DNA of 61,959 bases from a virus (Duplodnaviria; Caudoviricetes). The notes below the pieces were generated by a model. The model was not told where the DNA came from. It saw only the letters and a list, made by a program, of their open reading frames with translations, and made no database searches. The stretch lies in IMG/VR virus record IMGVR_UViG_3300026274_000003, positions 1-61,959 of that record; one strand, given 5' to 3'. Numbering within the stretch: position 1 is the first letter of the stretch; every line of letters starts with the position of its first letter. Shown here in pieces: positions 47,057 to 57,694 of this stretch. The translations under genes were made by a program, and so were the position numbers.

Positions 47057-47074
47057 GAATCACTATCAGTATGT

Positions 47075-49057
47075 TTATGCTGTTGCCGTACTTGTATTAA
47101 GAGTTGCTGCATAGGCTGTGCTTCTTGGTTCCATGATGCCTGCGAAGTGGTTATAAACGTCTTGCACTGTGGTTCCTGGTTTGAAGATTGAGGCATTAGC
47201 TGCTGCTTGTGCTTGTGTAACTGCTGCATAGCTGGGTGATGACTCGTTTGTTTTCAGGAATTTAGTTGCACCTGCTGGTCCCAGGAAGTGTGCCAGATAT
47301 AGATCGGTAGCTGTAATTGTGGTTCCTGATGGTAGATTATTTGTGAGGTATTGTTTATTTTCTGACAGATAGAAAGCTCCCACGAGTGCTTGTGCTGTCA
47401 CATCTGCTCTTGAATCTATTGTGAAGTTATATTTCGAACCGTACTTTTTAACCATAGCTGCCCAAGTGGCGTCGATGAACTGATAGAGACCATATGCTGA
47501 TGATGTTGGTGCTTTTGCATTGGGGTCGAATTTACTTTCTATCCAGCACATTGCCATCAGGATACCGTAATCCATACCAGTTATTGTTGATGCTTGCTGG
47601 ATAGCTGCCAGAACGTCTGCTCTAACTTTCAAGTTATTGACGTTAACGGTGCCACCTGTATATGGAGAGGCGGTAACTGTTTTACTAGTGCCATCGCCGG
47701 TTTGCACTGCGCTTGATTGTGGTGAATCGACCGTACCTTGTCCTGGAACTGTTTTGATGATTGATACTCGATCGGTAGTTCCATTTGGTGTAAAGGAATT
47801 AGCGGATGCCCCTGTTGGTGGTGTTGCGCTTTTACTTTTTGGGTGTCCGTTCCATGGTTCATGGTTGGGCATGCGACTAACTGGGCTATTAACTGATGTT
47901 GTTCCGTTTGACTGCGCGGTTGTTGCTGGTGGTGGTACTGTTGCTGCATTTGTTGGGGTGGAAGTATTATCAAGGATTTGTGGGGCTGATCGATTATGAA
48001 CACCGCCACTCTTTAGTGTCATAGTTCCTTGACCTGTGAGGTTTACATTAGAACCAGCCAATGCCGTAATTTCACCAGATGTTGCGTTGAATCTTAGGTT
48101 GCCACCAGCCAAAGCGGTAGTATCCGCACCTGACATCAGATTGATATTATTACCGGCAGTCATAACGATATTGTTACCTGCATCCATGAGGATATTTCGA
48201 TCTGCTCTTACGTTGAAGTCTTGTTCGGCATGGCAGCTAATTGAGCCTTTGGAGTAGATATCCACGCCAGCGTCGGATACTTCGATCCAGCTATTGCCCA
48301 ATCCTGAGTTGATATAGACATATCCATTTGTTTCATGAACTAGTACTTGGGTTCCTGAACGTGTTCTAAGTCTGATGAATTCGTTATCTGGGTTATCGTC
48401 CACGTATACCTGATTAGCTCGTGGAGTCAGATAACCGAATACTCGTGATGGTGCTTCGCGTCTAGCTGATGAACTAGCTGAACCGCGTTCGAAGTCTTGT
48501 GTAAGCCCTTGATTTTGCAGACCTAATGCCAAAGGATCGAATCTTGGTCGAATTGGGCTATTGGTATTAATTGCTTGATCTTTACGATTGTATTCAACTA
48601 CTGGTGGCAAACTATTATCGGCATTGTTATCGAAGCTTGAATCGATGGCAACCCCGGGAACCATATGGTTCATATTTTGTTGATAGATGCAGGCAAACCA
48701 AAAGCCTCGGGATGACTCGCCGTTGACGAATGTAATCAATACTTGATTATCAACGTCGGGTGGTACCATCCACCACCCGTAGCTAGTTTGGCTACCATCG
48801 TAGGTATGACTACCTGGCACTAAGTCTGATTGCGCACTAACACCTGCGAAGGGGGAAGCATAGCTTACGATGAACCAATGTGAGCTATCATTGGGGTCTC
48901 CACCAATTTCAGGTATAAAGACTTCCAATCGTCCCATGCGTTGCATATCGACATTGTTTTTAATGATGCCGATATAGACCTTACCGTCGGCGATACGACC
49001 ATTAGTTGGTTCGTTTTTGTAGCCGGGAGATGTTTTCTTAAAATTAGAATAAGTCAT
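47075..49057 (-). CDS. Baseplate central spike (gp5/VgrG-like) fused to lytic transglycosylase
   Basis: D.QRMGRL.V.IP OB-fold, YGWWMVPPD, beta-helix repeats, PNHEPW.GH; SLT motif IESKFDPNAK..SSAYGLYQF, LYLAHFLG. Confidence 0.88.
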   Translation of the reverse strand: MTYSNFKKTSPGYKNEPTNGRIADGKVYIGIIKNNVDMQRMGRLEVFIPEIGGDPNDSSHWFIVSYASPFAGVSAQSDLVPGSHTYDGSQTSYGWWMVPPDVDNQVLITFVNGESSRGFWFACIYQQNMNHMVPGVAIDSSFDNNADNSLPPVVEYNRKDQAINTNSPIRPRFDPLALGLQNQGLTQDFERGSASSSARREAPSRVFGYLTPRANQVYVDDNPDNEFIRLRTRSGTQVLVHETNGYVYINSGLGNSWIEVSDAGVDIYSKGSISCHAEQDFNVRADRNILMDAGNNIVMTAGNNINLMSGADTTALAGGNLRFNATSGEITALAGSNVNLTGQGTMTLKSGGVHNRSAPQILDNTSTPTNAATVPPPATTAQSNGTTSVNSPVSRMPNHEPWNGHPKSKSATPPTGASANSFTPNGTTDRVSIIKTVPGQGTVDSPQSSAVQTGDGTSKTVTASPYTGGTVNVNNLKVRADVLAAIQQASTITGMDYGILMAMCWIESKFDPNAKAPTSSAYGLYQFIDATWAAMVKKYGSKYNFTIDSRADVTAQALVGAFYLSENKQYLTNNLPSGTTITATDLYLAHFLGPAGATKFLKTNESSPSYAAVTQAQAAANASIFKPGTTVQDVYNHFAGIMEPRSTAYAATLNTSTATA

Positions 49058-49059
49058 TT

Positions 49060-51564
49060 TTAACTTTGTGTTGGTGGGGTATTAACCGTTTGTGCTTGTG
49101 CATTTACGGTAGAATTAGCTGCAACCGCAGTTGGAATACCTCTGATTTCTGGATAACCTAATGCCTTAAACGCGTCAATTCTTTCCATACGTTGTGCTAC
49201 CAGGGTTTGTCTAAAGGCACCACCACTAAATGTATGAGTGACTGACTTAACGGCATAAACCCCCGTGAATGTGCCATTTGCATTTAGAATTGGAGTGCCA
49301 TCAGCATTTTGTCCCAATGGATATAAGAACGAAATAAGGAACATAATATCGCCATATGAATAATCCACTGACGTAGAAGATATTGCCCCTTTGGCAGTAT
49401 GATCTCTAGGCGTTTGGGCCTTAGCAGCTAGGAAGTTATTAATTGAACGTTCCAGGTTGCCGTCACCTAGCCAATAAGGATCACCCTTAATTTCAATAGT
49501 GATGTTAACCAGACTAGTGGCAACTGGACCATACATCTGATTCAAAATTGCTGAATAAACCGATCTATCTCTAGTGAATTGATCTGGATATGGACCACCA
49601 GCATCATTGCGAGGGTCGGCTGGATCTTGCCTAATCGTAATGGGGAATCGTGGTGTGGCATCAGCATTTAGCATATCTTCTGCATAACTAACAGTTCCAG
49701 TGCCACTTCTTCCCGACGTACCAAGTTTGCTAGCAGCATCAGCATTGAAATTTGTTACCAACTTCGTTGATGCATTGCCGATTGTAGTCAAAGAACCAGT
49801 CAAGCTATTTGCGTCATTCTGTTTAATAGCTATTTGCTTTTGCAATGCGGCAACTTCGTTTTGCTGCTGGGTTGATAACCCAGCACTAGCCAAAGGCTTA
49901 CCCTGAGTTATGTTGTTTACCTTTTGATTCAGATTATCGATATCAATCTTATCTTGAGTCAATGCCGCATTTGCAGCTTGCGATTGCGCCATAATCTTAT
50001 CTAAGGTAACTTTGTTTGGATTATCCTTAGCTTGGATGGTCGTAGACGTATACGAGTTTTGATATCCAGCCAAACGTGGGATCGTTGCCGCCCAATTAAA
50101 GTTGAATTTGAAGTCGAATGTTAGGACTTCGGTATTCAAACCAGTAAACATGTAATCATAACGTTTAGTCATATATCCAACTTCACGTAATTTGGTGACT
50201 AGATTTTGTTGGAACGTTGCATCTTTGTACTGTTCCACGTCATTATGGGTAATAATTGGTCTAGTGGTAAAAAAGCTTTTAATATCAATTGTGATATGTT
50301 GGACATACATTTCATGATAGTAATCGTACCCACCATTTTGAACTCGTGGTTCATATCGAAAGACAATTGGTGCTCTAGGTGTACCATCAGTCTTTTCAAT
50401 TTGGTCTTGTGCTTTAACGTCTTTTGCCAAAGCTTGACCTTCGGTACTATTCAAAAATAATAGTTCAATAACGTCGTGAATTTTGGTACCTCGAGCGAAG
50501 TGACCTTTTAACGGTACGTTCTGATCCGTACCTTCAGTCGTGCCCATAGCCATTGCTCGTTGATCGTTGAAATCGATATTACTTGGTGTAATAGACCAGC
50601 TACTAGGATTGATAATTACTGAATTAGAAGTTACTGGTGCAATCGCAAAATCGAATGTTTTGGTTTGAAATCCATAGTCTCTCAAATTGGCAGCATTGAT
50701 CATATTGGATAATTCATCCAATACTCCACCGATAGTGGTGCCCTTTGGCATAAATGCATCGGTTAATACCATAGCATCTGATGAAAACGTTGAATCTTCT
50801 TCATACGGCATCAAAGTCATAGTATAAGTGCTCCCTGCCGATGTTGAATCAACCGCTACGTCCGTAACTGAAACTTGATATAACCACTTGCCCCTATTTG
50901 GAAAACCATTGGTACATACGTTTGCGGAAGGAACTCCTGCTTCATATCCTTTAAAGGAAATTTCTATGTAGTAAAAGAACTTTGAGAAGTTCCTTATTTT
51001 CAATTCAGCTGCTGCTTGAATAACCATATCAAAGAAACTAACTCCCAACGGTTCACTAATGACCAGGGTCATTGAAGTAGCTGAAAAGCTACGAGTTACA
51101 AAATTGGGAGCGGCAATTGCTTGCATAGTCAAACTTTGAATATTTAATCCAGTGATGCCAGATTCGGCAATCGTAGTTTGGGCAGCCGTTGTTATTTTTT
51201 GATCAATAAAATCTTGATACGATTTAAAATTGTTAAAATCCCAATCCACATCTTCTGTAAGAAAGAACCTAATGTGATACGCTGGCTGATCAACACTGCT
51301 CAATATGTTTGGAGTCCAAACTGCACTACCTGCTTGATTTGCAGTCAATGGATTCGCACCGGGAGCTTGATTGGCCGTAACATTTGAAGTTGGAGTTGAT
51401 GCAAACCCCAACGTAGCCGAGGGTGCAGTTTGACCAGCAATGCCAGCAGTTGAATTGGCCGCCACCCCTGTCAATTTGAAAGCTGACGTGGCGGTATTGG
51501 TCAACTTACTGACCTGACCAAGAGCCGCAGAAACTCCCTGAGGAGTAAAGGAAAAATCAGCCAT
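49060..51564 (-). CDS. Baseplate hub/tail protein (gp27-like)
   Basis: IAESG, EPLG, KRYDYMFTGLNTEVL, IKGDPYWL, GVY.V..V.H.FSGG.F.Q.L. Confidence 0.7.
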   Translation of the reverse strand: MADFSFTPQGVSAALGQVSKLTNTATSAFKLTGVAANSTAGIAGQTAPSATLGFASTPTSNVTANQAPGANPLTANQAGSAVWTPNILSSVDQPAYHIRFFLTEDVDWDFNNFKSYQDFIDQKITTAAQTTIAESGITGLNIQSLTMQAIAAPNFVTRSFSATSMTLVISEPLGVSFFDMVIQAAAELKIRNFSKFFYYIEISFKGYEAGVPSANVCTNGFPNRGKWLYQVSVTDVAVDSTSAGSTYTMTLMPYEEDSTFSSDAMVLTDAFMPKGTTIGGVLDELSNMINAANLRDYGFQTKTFDFAIAPVTSNSVIINPSSWSITPSNIDFNDQRAMAMGTTEGTDQNVPLKGHFARGTKIHDVIELLFLNSTEGQALAKDVKAQDQIEKTDGTPRAPIVFRYEPRVQNGGYDYYHEMYVQHITIDIKSFFTTRPIITHNDVEQYKDATFQQNLVTKLREVGYMTKRYDYMFTGLNTEVLTFDFKFNFNWAATIPRLAGYQNSYTSTTIQAKDNPNKVTLDKIMAQSQAANAALTQDKIDIDNLNQKVNNITQGKPLASAGLSTQQQNEVAALQKQIAIKQNDANSLTGSLTTIGNASTKLVTNFNADAASKLGTSGRSGTGTVSYAEDMLNADATPRFPITIRQDPADPRNDAGGPYPDQFTRDRSVYSAILNQMYGPVATSLVNITIEIKGDPYWLGDGNLERSINNFLAAKAQTPRDHTAKGAISSTSVDYSYGDIMFLISFLYPLGQNADGTPILNANGTFTGVYAVKSVTHTFSGGAFRQTLVAQRMERIDAFKALGYPEIRGIPTAVAANSTVNAQAQTVNTPPTQS

Positions 51565-51566
51565 GC

Positions 51567-51872
51567 TTATCCTATGATAGTTTGTAATACTGACAATGAT
51601 GGTGCATAAATCGAAATACCAGCCACCATATCCCAGATAGGGTCACGAATGACATCCATGTTTCGAACTAAAAATACCCACCAATAATCGTATTTTCCAT
51701 ATAGATCATAACTCAAAGTATCAGGGCGGTTTTCATACTTTTTGTCCAAAGACGAAATATAAGTATCTGTCGAATCTGGTGGGATATCACGCCATACAAT
51801 AGGACCTGTGTACCACGTTGTTTGTGGCGTGTTATAATATGCAGATGTTGATGGAAAGGTTATAGTAGACAT
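51567..51872 (-). CDS. Baseplate wedge subunit (gp53/LysM-like)
   Basis: YENRPDTLSYDLYG...WWVF..RN...DPIWD. Confidence 0.85.
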   Translation of the reverse strand: MSTITFPSTSAYYNTPQTTWYTGPIVWRDIPPDSTDTYISSLDKKYENRPDTLSYDLYGKYDYWWVFLVRNMDVIRDPIWDMVAGISIYAPSLSVLQTIIG

Positions 51873-52792
51873 TAAATCCAGCCTTTGTTATTACGCATTA
51901 ATGCACCAGTTCTAAACTGGTCTAAATCGAATTTGGTTCTTAAATCTTTAGCAGTATTCTGTACTACTAATGATACCGCAATGGTCATAATTGCTGGTAA
52001 TCTTGCCGTACCACCAGCAGTGTTTATAGTCACATAGTCGACTGTGTTATCTAGTGAATATGAATGTGATTTAACAATAACTGGTAAGTCATTGAACATG
52101 TAGTTACCATAACCACTGAACAACAATATTGGTGGTGGTAAACCAGCCAAAGCAGCATTGGTTTGACCAAAGTACATTTTGCTTACGGTTCTAAGAAAAT
52201 GCATGCACGCGAGCATGTATTCACCTTCTCGTTGATTCTGGAATGTAAATTGTCCTGTTATTTCAATCGTGGTACTTGGCGTGTTCTTATACGATTGGAA
52301 ATCTTGGTTGCTATGAACAAAATGCATAGTGTCATATTCGACCGCTTGACTCCATTGTATCGTTGGAGTAAACGGGAACATCATGCCATTTGTATCATAC
52401 AAAATATTCAATATGTTGGATGAGTTATTAGCAGGACCATATACTTTTGCTTTTGCCGCTGGGTTATCACCTTGAGCGCGCAGTCTCACTCTAAAGTCGA
52501 CAGCATTATTGCTTGAAGTTGATCCGGCCCCGCCTACTGTATTGGTTAGCGAATTGGCAACACCATTAATGCCAGTGCTTGCAGTTGTGAAGCTAAATTG
52601 ACTGGTGCTAGTATTGACTACACTGGTACCAACTTGTGCTGCGGTTGTGGATCCAAGACCTAGTAAGGCAGAAGAAGAACCATTAGTTCCCGCGGATGTA
52701 ATTGGCAATCCGCTAATGCTAAAAACACCAGAAGATGTTGGCGTACTCGTATTGGAAAGTAACGATTGTACTGTTGAATCAAAATCACTCAT
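51872..52792 (-). CDS. Tail tube initiator/baseplate protein (gp48/gp54-like)
   Basis: FPFTPTI, HFLRTVSKMYFG, GLPPPIL.FSGYG.YMF.D.PV. Confidence 0.7.
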   Translation of the reverse strand: MSDFDSTVQSLLSNTSTPTSSGVFSISGLPITSAGTNGSSSALLGLGSTTAAQVGTSVVNTSTSQFSFTTASTGINGVANSLTNTVGGAGSTSSNNAVDFRVRLRAQGDNPAAKAKVYGPANNSSNILNILYDTNGMMFPFTPTIQWSQAVEYDTMHFVHSNQDFQSYKNTPSTTIEITGQFTFQNQREGEYMLACMHFLRTVSKMYFGQTNAALAGLPPPILLFSGYGNYMFNDLPVIVKSHSYSLDNTVDYVTINTAGGTARLPAIMTIAVSLVVQNTAKDLRTKFDLDQFRTGALMRNNKGWI

Positions 52793-53330
52793 TCTTGACA
52801 CCTAATCCTTGTCGGACACATTTATACATTTCTCGTGCCACGGCAAGGTTGGATGTTGGGACAGACTTCTTGAAATTGGCAAAGTCTCCGTTCATTGCAA
52901 GTAGTCTTGCTGCGGTGGCGCTATAATCATCTGGACTACGTGGAATGACAATGACTTCGATGCTTTCTAAGCCAATGCTTTTCTCTGGATCAGGATGGTT
53001 AATATAGGCATTCAGAGCAGTTTCAAACGAGTTCTCTCTGTCTTGACCTACGACTAAAACTCCATGTTTGACGCCTTCTTTTGCCATTTCCCTACAAGCT
53101 GAAAACACATTAACTGTATCAAAAATATCAATGCCTGGAAAGCATGTTTTGGCAAATGCCAGTTTTTGCTCAATTGCCAAGGGATTCTTTTTGCCATCTT
53201 GTGTTCTGGTTAGATACACACGAGATACACAATCCAATTTACTTGCTTCAGCCAGTACCTGTCTAACCAATTTTTCATGACCTTTGGTTGGCGGGTTCAT
53301 CCTGCAAATCGTAAATACCACTTTGTCCAT
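52785..53330 (-). CDS. Cytidyltransferase-like (HxGH nucleotidyltransferase fold) protein
   Basis: RMNPPTKGH, KNPL, VVGQDR, SAT.AR. Confidence 0.85.
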   Translation of the reverse strand: MDKVVFTICRMNPPTKGHEKLVRQVLAEASKLDCVSRVYLTRTQDGKKNPLAIEQKLAFAKTCFPGIDIFDTVNVFSACREMAKEGVKHGVLVVGQDRENSFETALNAYINHPDPEKSIGLESIEVIVIPRSPDDYSATAARLLAMNGDFANFKKSVPTSNLAVAREMYKCVRQGLGVKNE

Positions 53331-53342
53331 GATTTACCTTTG

Positions 53343-53350
53343 TATTTATA
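53343..53350 (-). promoter_or_regulatory. T4-type late promoter
   Basis: TATAAATA on minus strand; upstream partial match to the bipartite motif. Confidence 0.7.
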
Positions 53351-53471
53351 GGTGCGATTAAATGCCACTATTATACAGAATAACACCTTTATTGATGGAA
53401 CCACTATTGTAAGCTATCATTAGTAATACTTACAAAATTAGAGGCCAAGAAGGCCCAGGATAGAATATAAC

Positions 53472-54416
53472 ATGAGTCAAGCCGTAACAACAGTACAAAT
53501 CGTAGATACAACCGTTACCGAAGAAGATGTGGCAATCGCGGTTGTTGAAGAAGTATATGCTGGATTTGCCCCAGCCAAGCCAGTTGAAAAAGTAAAGTAC
53601 ATTACCAATAAAGAATTGCTTGCCGAGATTCATAAGAGCAAGAGTTCATATTGTATCTTTGTTGAACCGAAATATGCTGCATTCGATGCAATCGTACATA
53701 ATCTAGATCAGATCACCGATGAATTGATGTCTGCCACAAAGATTGAAAAAGCACGTTTGACTATCCAAGCTGAAAAGGCACGTCAACGTGGGGATGGTAA
53801 AAAGCCATACGAAATCAAAGTAGCTGAGATTGATCCACAAGCCATTCCTACTGAATCAATTGTATTCCGGGTAATGACCCCACACCACTTGCCCCTAGAT
53901 CCAGACCGTAAGCGTCGTGGTAAGGGTGAAGAAGGTGCATACGTTAAAACACCATTCCTTCCATTCAAGCATTTTATTATTCAAGATGGCGCACCTGTTG
54001 AAGTAGGTCGTTCACATTGGATTGGCACTCTGCAGGATGGACACTTCGATATGTCCCGTGGTCAAATTAGCCACCGTCTAGCAGTGATGTTTATGATGTT
54101 GGTTGACCGTTACTCACGTCGTTCCAATTGGCGTGGTTATACTTATCTGGATGAAATGAAGAGTCACGCACTGTTACAGTTATCCCAGATTGGATTGCAG
54201 TTTGACGAATCGAAATCAGATAATCCGTTTGCCTTCTATACCACAACTATTAAGAACTGTTTTACTCGTGTATTGAATCTAGAGAAGAAGAATCAAAATA
54301 TTCGAGATGATATTTTGATTATGCACGGCGTGAATCCATCATACACACGACAGCACGAAAATGACGGCTCGGATGCACCGGGTGAAGTCATTGACCGTAC
54401 AGCAGAATCAAAATAA
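53472..54416 (+). CDS. Late transcription sigma factor (T4 gp55-like)
   Basis: YITNKELL, RYSRRSNWRGYTYLDEM, FDESKSDNPFAFYT...F.R.L..EKK. Confidence 0.85.
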   Translation: MSQAVTTVQIVDTTVTEEDVAIAVVEEVYAGFAPAKPVEKVKYITNKELLAEIHKSKSSYCIFVEPKYAAFDAIVHNLDQITDELMSATKIEKARLTIQAEKARQRGDGKKPYEIKVAEIDPQAIPTESIVFRVMTPHHLPLDPDRKRRGKGEEGAYVKTPFLPFKHFIIQDGAPVEVGRSHWIGTLQDGHFDMSRGQISHRLAVMFMMLVDRYSRRSNWRGYTYLDEMKSHALLQLSQIGLQFDESKSDNPFAFYTTTIKNCFTRVLNLEKKNQNIRDDILIMHGVNPSYTRQHENDGSDAPGEVIDRTAESK

Positions 54417-54421
54417 CAATT

Positions 54422-54450
54422 TTGGTTACTGCCAGTTGTATCCGTATAAT
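54422..54450 (+). promoter_or_regulatory. Sigma70-like promoter
   Basis: TTGGTT-N17-TATAAT. Confidence 0.55.
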
Positions 54451-54507
54451 CGCGCTACATTAATTAGAAAATACTATGAACTATAATAGTTACATCAAGG
54501 TGGCCGG

Positions 54508-55536
54508 ATGAGTGATACCATACAGCCACTTTTTGACAAAATCGCAGTATTCACAGACATCCACTTCGGCAGACGTGGAAATGACAAGCAAGCGAACCAA
54601 GATAATGAAAACTTCATTACTTGGTTTATTCAAGAAGCCCAAGCTTGGGGTGCAACGCAAATGGTCTTTTCTGGCGATTGGCATGACAACCGACATAATG
54701 TCCATGTCAGTACGTTGAGTTATTCGCTTAGTAACCTGGAACGTTTGAGTAAAGCATTTGATAAGGTTTGGTTTATTCCTGGTAATCACGATTTGTTTTA
54801 CCGTGAGAAGCGAGAGATCAACAGTATTGAATGGGCTCGTAATATCGCCAATATCACAATTATCAATGACCCTTTGGAAATTGGTAATGTGCATTTTATG
54901 CCATGGTTAGTGGGCGATGAATGGAAAGAAATCTCAAAGAGCAAAGCCAAATACATGTTTGGCCACTTTGAACTCCCAAACTTCTTTATGAATGCCATGG
55001 TTGAAATGCCAGACCATGGTGGTCTTAATCAAGACCACTTTAAGAATCAAGACTATGTATTCAGTGGTCACTTCCATAAACGCCAATCACGTGGTAAAGT
55101 CGTCTACATTGGTAACGTTTTCCCCTTTAGCTATGCTGATGCGTGGGATGACGACCGTGGTATGATGCTTCTTGAGTGGGACAAAGAGCCATTCTTTAAA
55201 GAATGGCCTGATGCTCCAACTTATAGAACCATGAAGCTGAGCGAAGTGCTTGAAGCTCCAGAAAAGTTCATTGTATCAAAGAGTTATAATCGGATCAGCA
55301 TTGACTGTGATATCTCTTACGAGGAAGCACAGTTCGTAAAAGACACGTTTGTTGCTCAGTTTGGCGCCCGCAAGATTGATTTGGTGCCAATGAACAAAGA
55401 AGAAGCTGATCAAGAATTTGATGATAATGTCATATTCCAAAGTATTGATCAAATCGTCATTGAAGGATTGAATTCAGTACAATCAACTGGCATCTCGAGC
55501 AAGACGCTGGTTGACATTTACAAGAGCCTGCAATAA
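54508..55536 (+). CDS. Recombination nuclease, Mre11/SbcD (T4 gp47-like)
   Basis: FTDIHFG, GDWHD, GNHD, GHFE, SGHFH. Confidence 0.95.
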   Translation: MSDTIQPLFDKIAVFTDIHFGRRGNDKQANQDNENFITWFIQEAQAWGATQMVFSGDWHDNRHNVHVSTLSYSLSNLERLSKAFDKVWFIPGNHDLFYREKREINSIEWARNIANITIINDPLEIGNVHFMPWLVGDEWKEISKSKAKYMFGHFELPNFFMNAMVEMPDHGGLNQDHFKNQDYVFSGHFHKRQSRGKVVYIGNVFPFSYADAWDDDRGMMLLEWDKEPFFKEWPDAPTYRTMKLSEVLEAPEKFIVSKSYNRISIDCDISYEEAQFVKDTFVAQFGARKIDLVPMNKEEADQEFDDNVIFQSIDQIVIEGLNSVQSTGISSKTLVDIYKSLQ

Positions 55537-55540
55537 ACAA

Positions 55541-57325
55541 ATGTTAAAAATTAAAAGCGTATCAATGCGCAATTTCCTGTCTGTGGGCAATAACACCCAG
55601 GCAGTAGTTTTAAACAGGGATGGCTTAACATTGGTATTGGGTGAAAACTTAGATACTGGTGGCGTTAATAGTCGAAATGGCGTAGGTAAGAGTACGCTGT
55701 TGCAAGCTGTTAGTTTTAGTTTGTTCGGTCAGCCGTTAAGCAATATCAAGAAGGACAACCTAATCAACAATGTTAATGCCAAGAATATGGTCGTTAGCGT
55801 TGATTTTGAAAAGGATGGCAAATCATATCGTATTGAACGTGGCCGCAAACCTACGTTCATGCGTTATTATGTTGCTGATAGCTTAGTGCAAGATCCATCC
55901 AACGATGAAGCACAAGGCGAAAACAAGTGGACTCAATTTGAAATCGAACGAACGTTAGGTTTTAGTCATGATATGTTTCGACATATTATCGCATTGAATA
56001 CTTATACGGAACCATTCCTTAAACAAAAACCGGGTGACCAACGCCAAATCATTGAAGAACTTCTGGGGATAACGCAGATTAGTACTCGTGCTGAAGTGTT
56101 GAAGGAATTGATCAAGAATACGAAAGATTCGATTAAAGACGAAGAAGCTCGTATCAAGGCAGTTATATCAAGCAATCAGAAGATTCAAGCCACAATTAAT
56201 GACTTGAATTTAAAGAGCAGAGCTTGGGACACGGGACGTGACAAGCGAGTAGCCAGTGCTGAATATCAACTTGGCAATCTCAAAGGCTTGAACATCGAAG
56301 AAGAAATCGAAAAGCATAAAAAGCTTGCCGACTTTAAGGTGTTGTCAACAGAACTGACGAGAGCGCGACGTGACTACAAGCGACTAGAGAGTGACCTACT
56401 CACTAAGAACGGGCTGTTAGAACGCCATCTACGTGATCTGGCTAGTGCGGAAGCGCATGAATGTCCAACATGTGGTCAAGGAGTTCATGATGGTAGTACT
56501 GATCGTATTGTTGCTGAACTTAAAGCGAAGATTGAAAAGATTGAGCCTGAACTGTTAGCTATCGCAGCTGAATCTGAAGAAAGCAAGGGATTAGTTGCCG
56601 CTTATACTGAAGGACTTGAATCTATTGGCGATGAACCAATTACCACTTATAGTTCTTTGGAACAAGCACTTGAACACCGTAATACGCTCAATAACTTGAT
56701 TGAGACTATTACTCGTGAGAAAGATTCTGAGAATCCATATGCTGACCAAGTATCGTCGTTGCAAACCGATGGTATTCAGGAAGTTACGTATGACACGCTC
56801 AATGAACTGCAAATATTGTTGAAGCATCAAGACTTCCTACAGAAGCTTCTGGTCAGTAAAGATTCGTTTATTCGTAAGAAGATCATTGATCAAAATATTA
56901 ACCACTTGAATCATAGATTGAATTTTTACTTGGAAAAATTGGGCTTGCCTCATGAAGTGAAGTTCCAATCTGATCTGAGTGTTGAGATTGATCTGTTGGG
57001 ACGTGATTTTGACTTTGAGCAATTGAGTCGTGGTGAGATGAATCGAGTGATTTTATCAACAAGCTGGGCATTCAGGGATGTTTGGGAAAGTTTGAACCAG
57101 ACAGTAAATTTGATGTTTGTAGATGAAATGCTGGATAATGGACTTGATCAGCAAGGCAGTGAAGCTGCTTTGGATCTAATGAAACGTATGGCGAGAGAAC
57201 GAGGAAAAAACATTTTTCTCGTTTCCCACAAAGACGATTTGGTTGGTCGGGTGAATAAAATTCTGACCGTTAAAAAGGAAAATTCCTTTACTAGATTCGA
57301 CAGTGACGTTGATGACGTTGAATAA
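55541..57325 (+). CDS. Recombination ATPase, Rad50/SbcC (T4 gp46-like)
   Basis: NGVGKST Walker A, CPTCGQ zinc hook, LSRGE signature, FVDE, VSH. Confidence 0.96.
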   Translation: MLKIKSVSMRNFLSVGNNTQAVVLNRDGLTLVLGENLDTGGVNSRNGVGKSTLLQAVSFSLFGQPLSNIKKDNLINNVNAKNMVVSVDFEKDGKSYRIERGRKPTFMRYYVADSLVQDPSNDEAQGENKWTQFEIERTLGFSHDMFRHIIALNTYTEPFLKQKPGDQRQIIEELLGITQISTRAEVLKELIKNTKDSIKDEEARIKAVISSNQKIQATINDLNLKSRAWDTGRDKRVASAEYQLGNLKGLNIEEEIEKHKKLADFKVLSTELTRARRDYKRLESDLLTKNGLLERHLRDLASAEAHECPTCGQGVHDGSTDRIVAELKAKIEKIEPELLAIAAESEESKGLVAAYTEGLESIGDEPITTYSSLEQALEHRNTLNNLIETITREKDSENPYADQVSSLQTDGIQEVTYDTLNELQILLKHQDFLQKLLVSKDSFIRKKIIDQNINHLNHRLNFYLEKLGLPHEVKFQSDLSVEIDLLGRDFDFEQLSRGEMNRVILSTSWAFRDVWESLNQTVNLMFVDEMLDNGLDQQGSEAALDLMKRMARERGKNIFLVSHKDDLVGRVNKILTVKKENSFTRFDSDVDDVE

Positions 57326-57326
57326 T

Positions 57327-57656
57327 ATGATTCCAACGATTAAAGTTGATCCCCTTATTGAGGGGTGGGCAGTTGAAATGGCTAGTGATCTATCGATCAT
57401 GTATCGATTGGTTACTAGTCACAACAATGCGAATTCTAATTGGTACCGAGCGATAACTGATATCAATTGTATAATGCATGACTGTAACATGCATCTGAAC
57501 ACTGACTATTACCTGCAAACCGTACCATCTGTAGGTATGCCAACAGTGAAAATACTTGAGATTTATGTGATAGATTCGATACATATGTTTCAACTAATGT
57601 TGGTTGATGATGCAAGACTGCAAACACATTTCAATGTAATCCAAGAACGTATATGA
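57327..57656 (+). CDS. Paralog family B, member 1
   Basis: KVDPLIEGW...MYRL...DYYL...EIYV. Confidence 0.65.
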   Translation: MIPTIKVDPLIEGWAVEMASDLSIMYRLVTSHNNANSNWYRAITDINCIMHDCNMHLNTDYYLQTVPSVGMPTVKILEIYVIDSIHMFQLMLVDDARLQTHFNVIQERI

Positions 57657-57658
57657 AA

Positions 57659-57686
57659 AAGAAGGGGAACAATTGTTCCCCTTCTT
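57659..57686. terminator. Terminator (perfect 28-bp palindrome)
   Basis: aagaaggggaacaa-ttgttccccttctt. Confidence 0.75.
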
Positions 57687-57694
57687 GCCATGCC

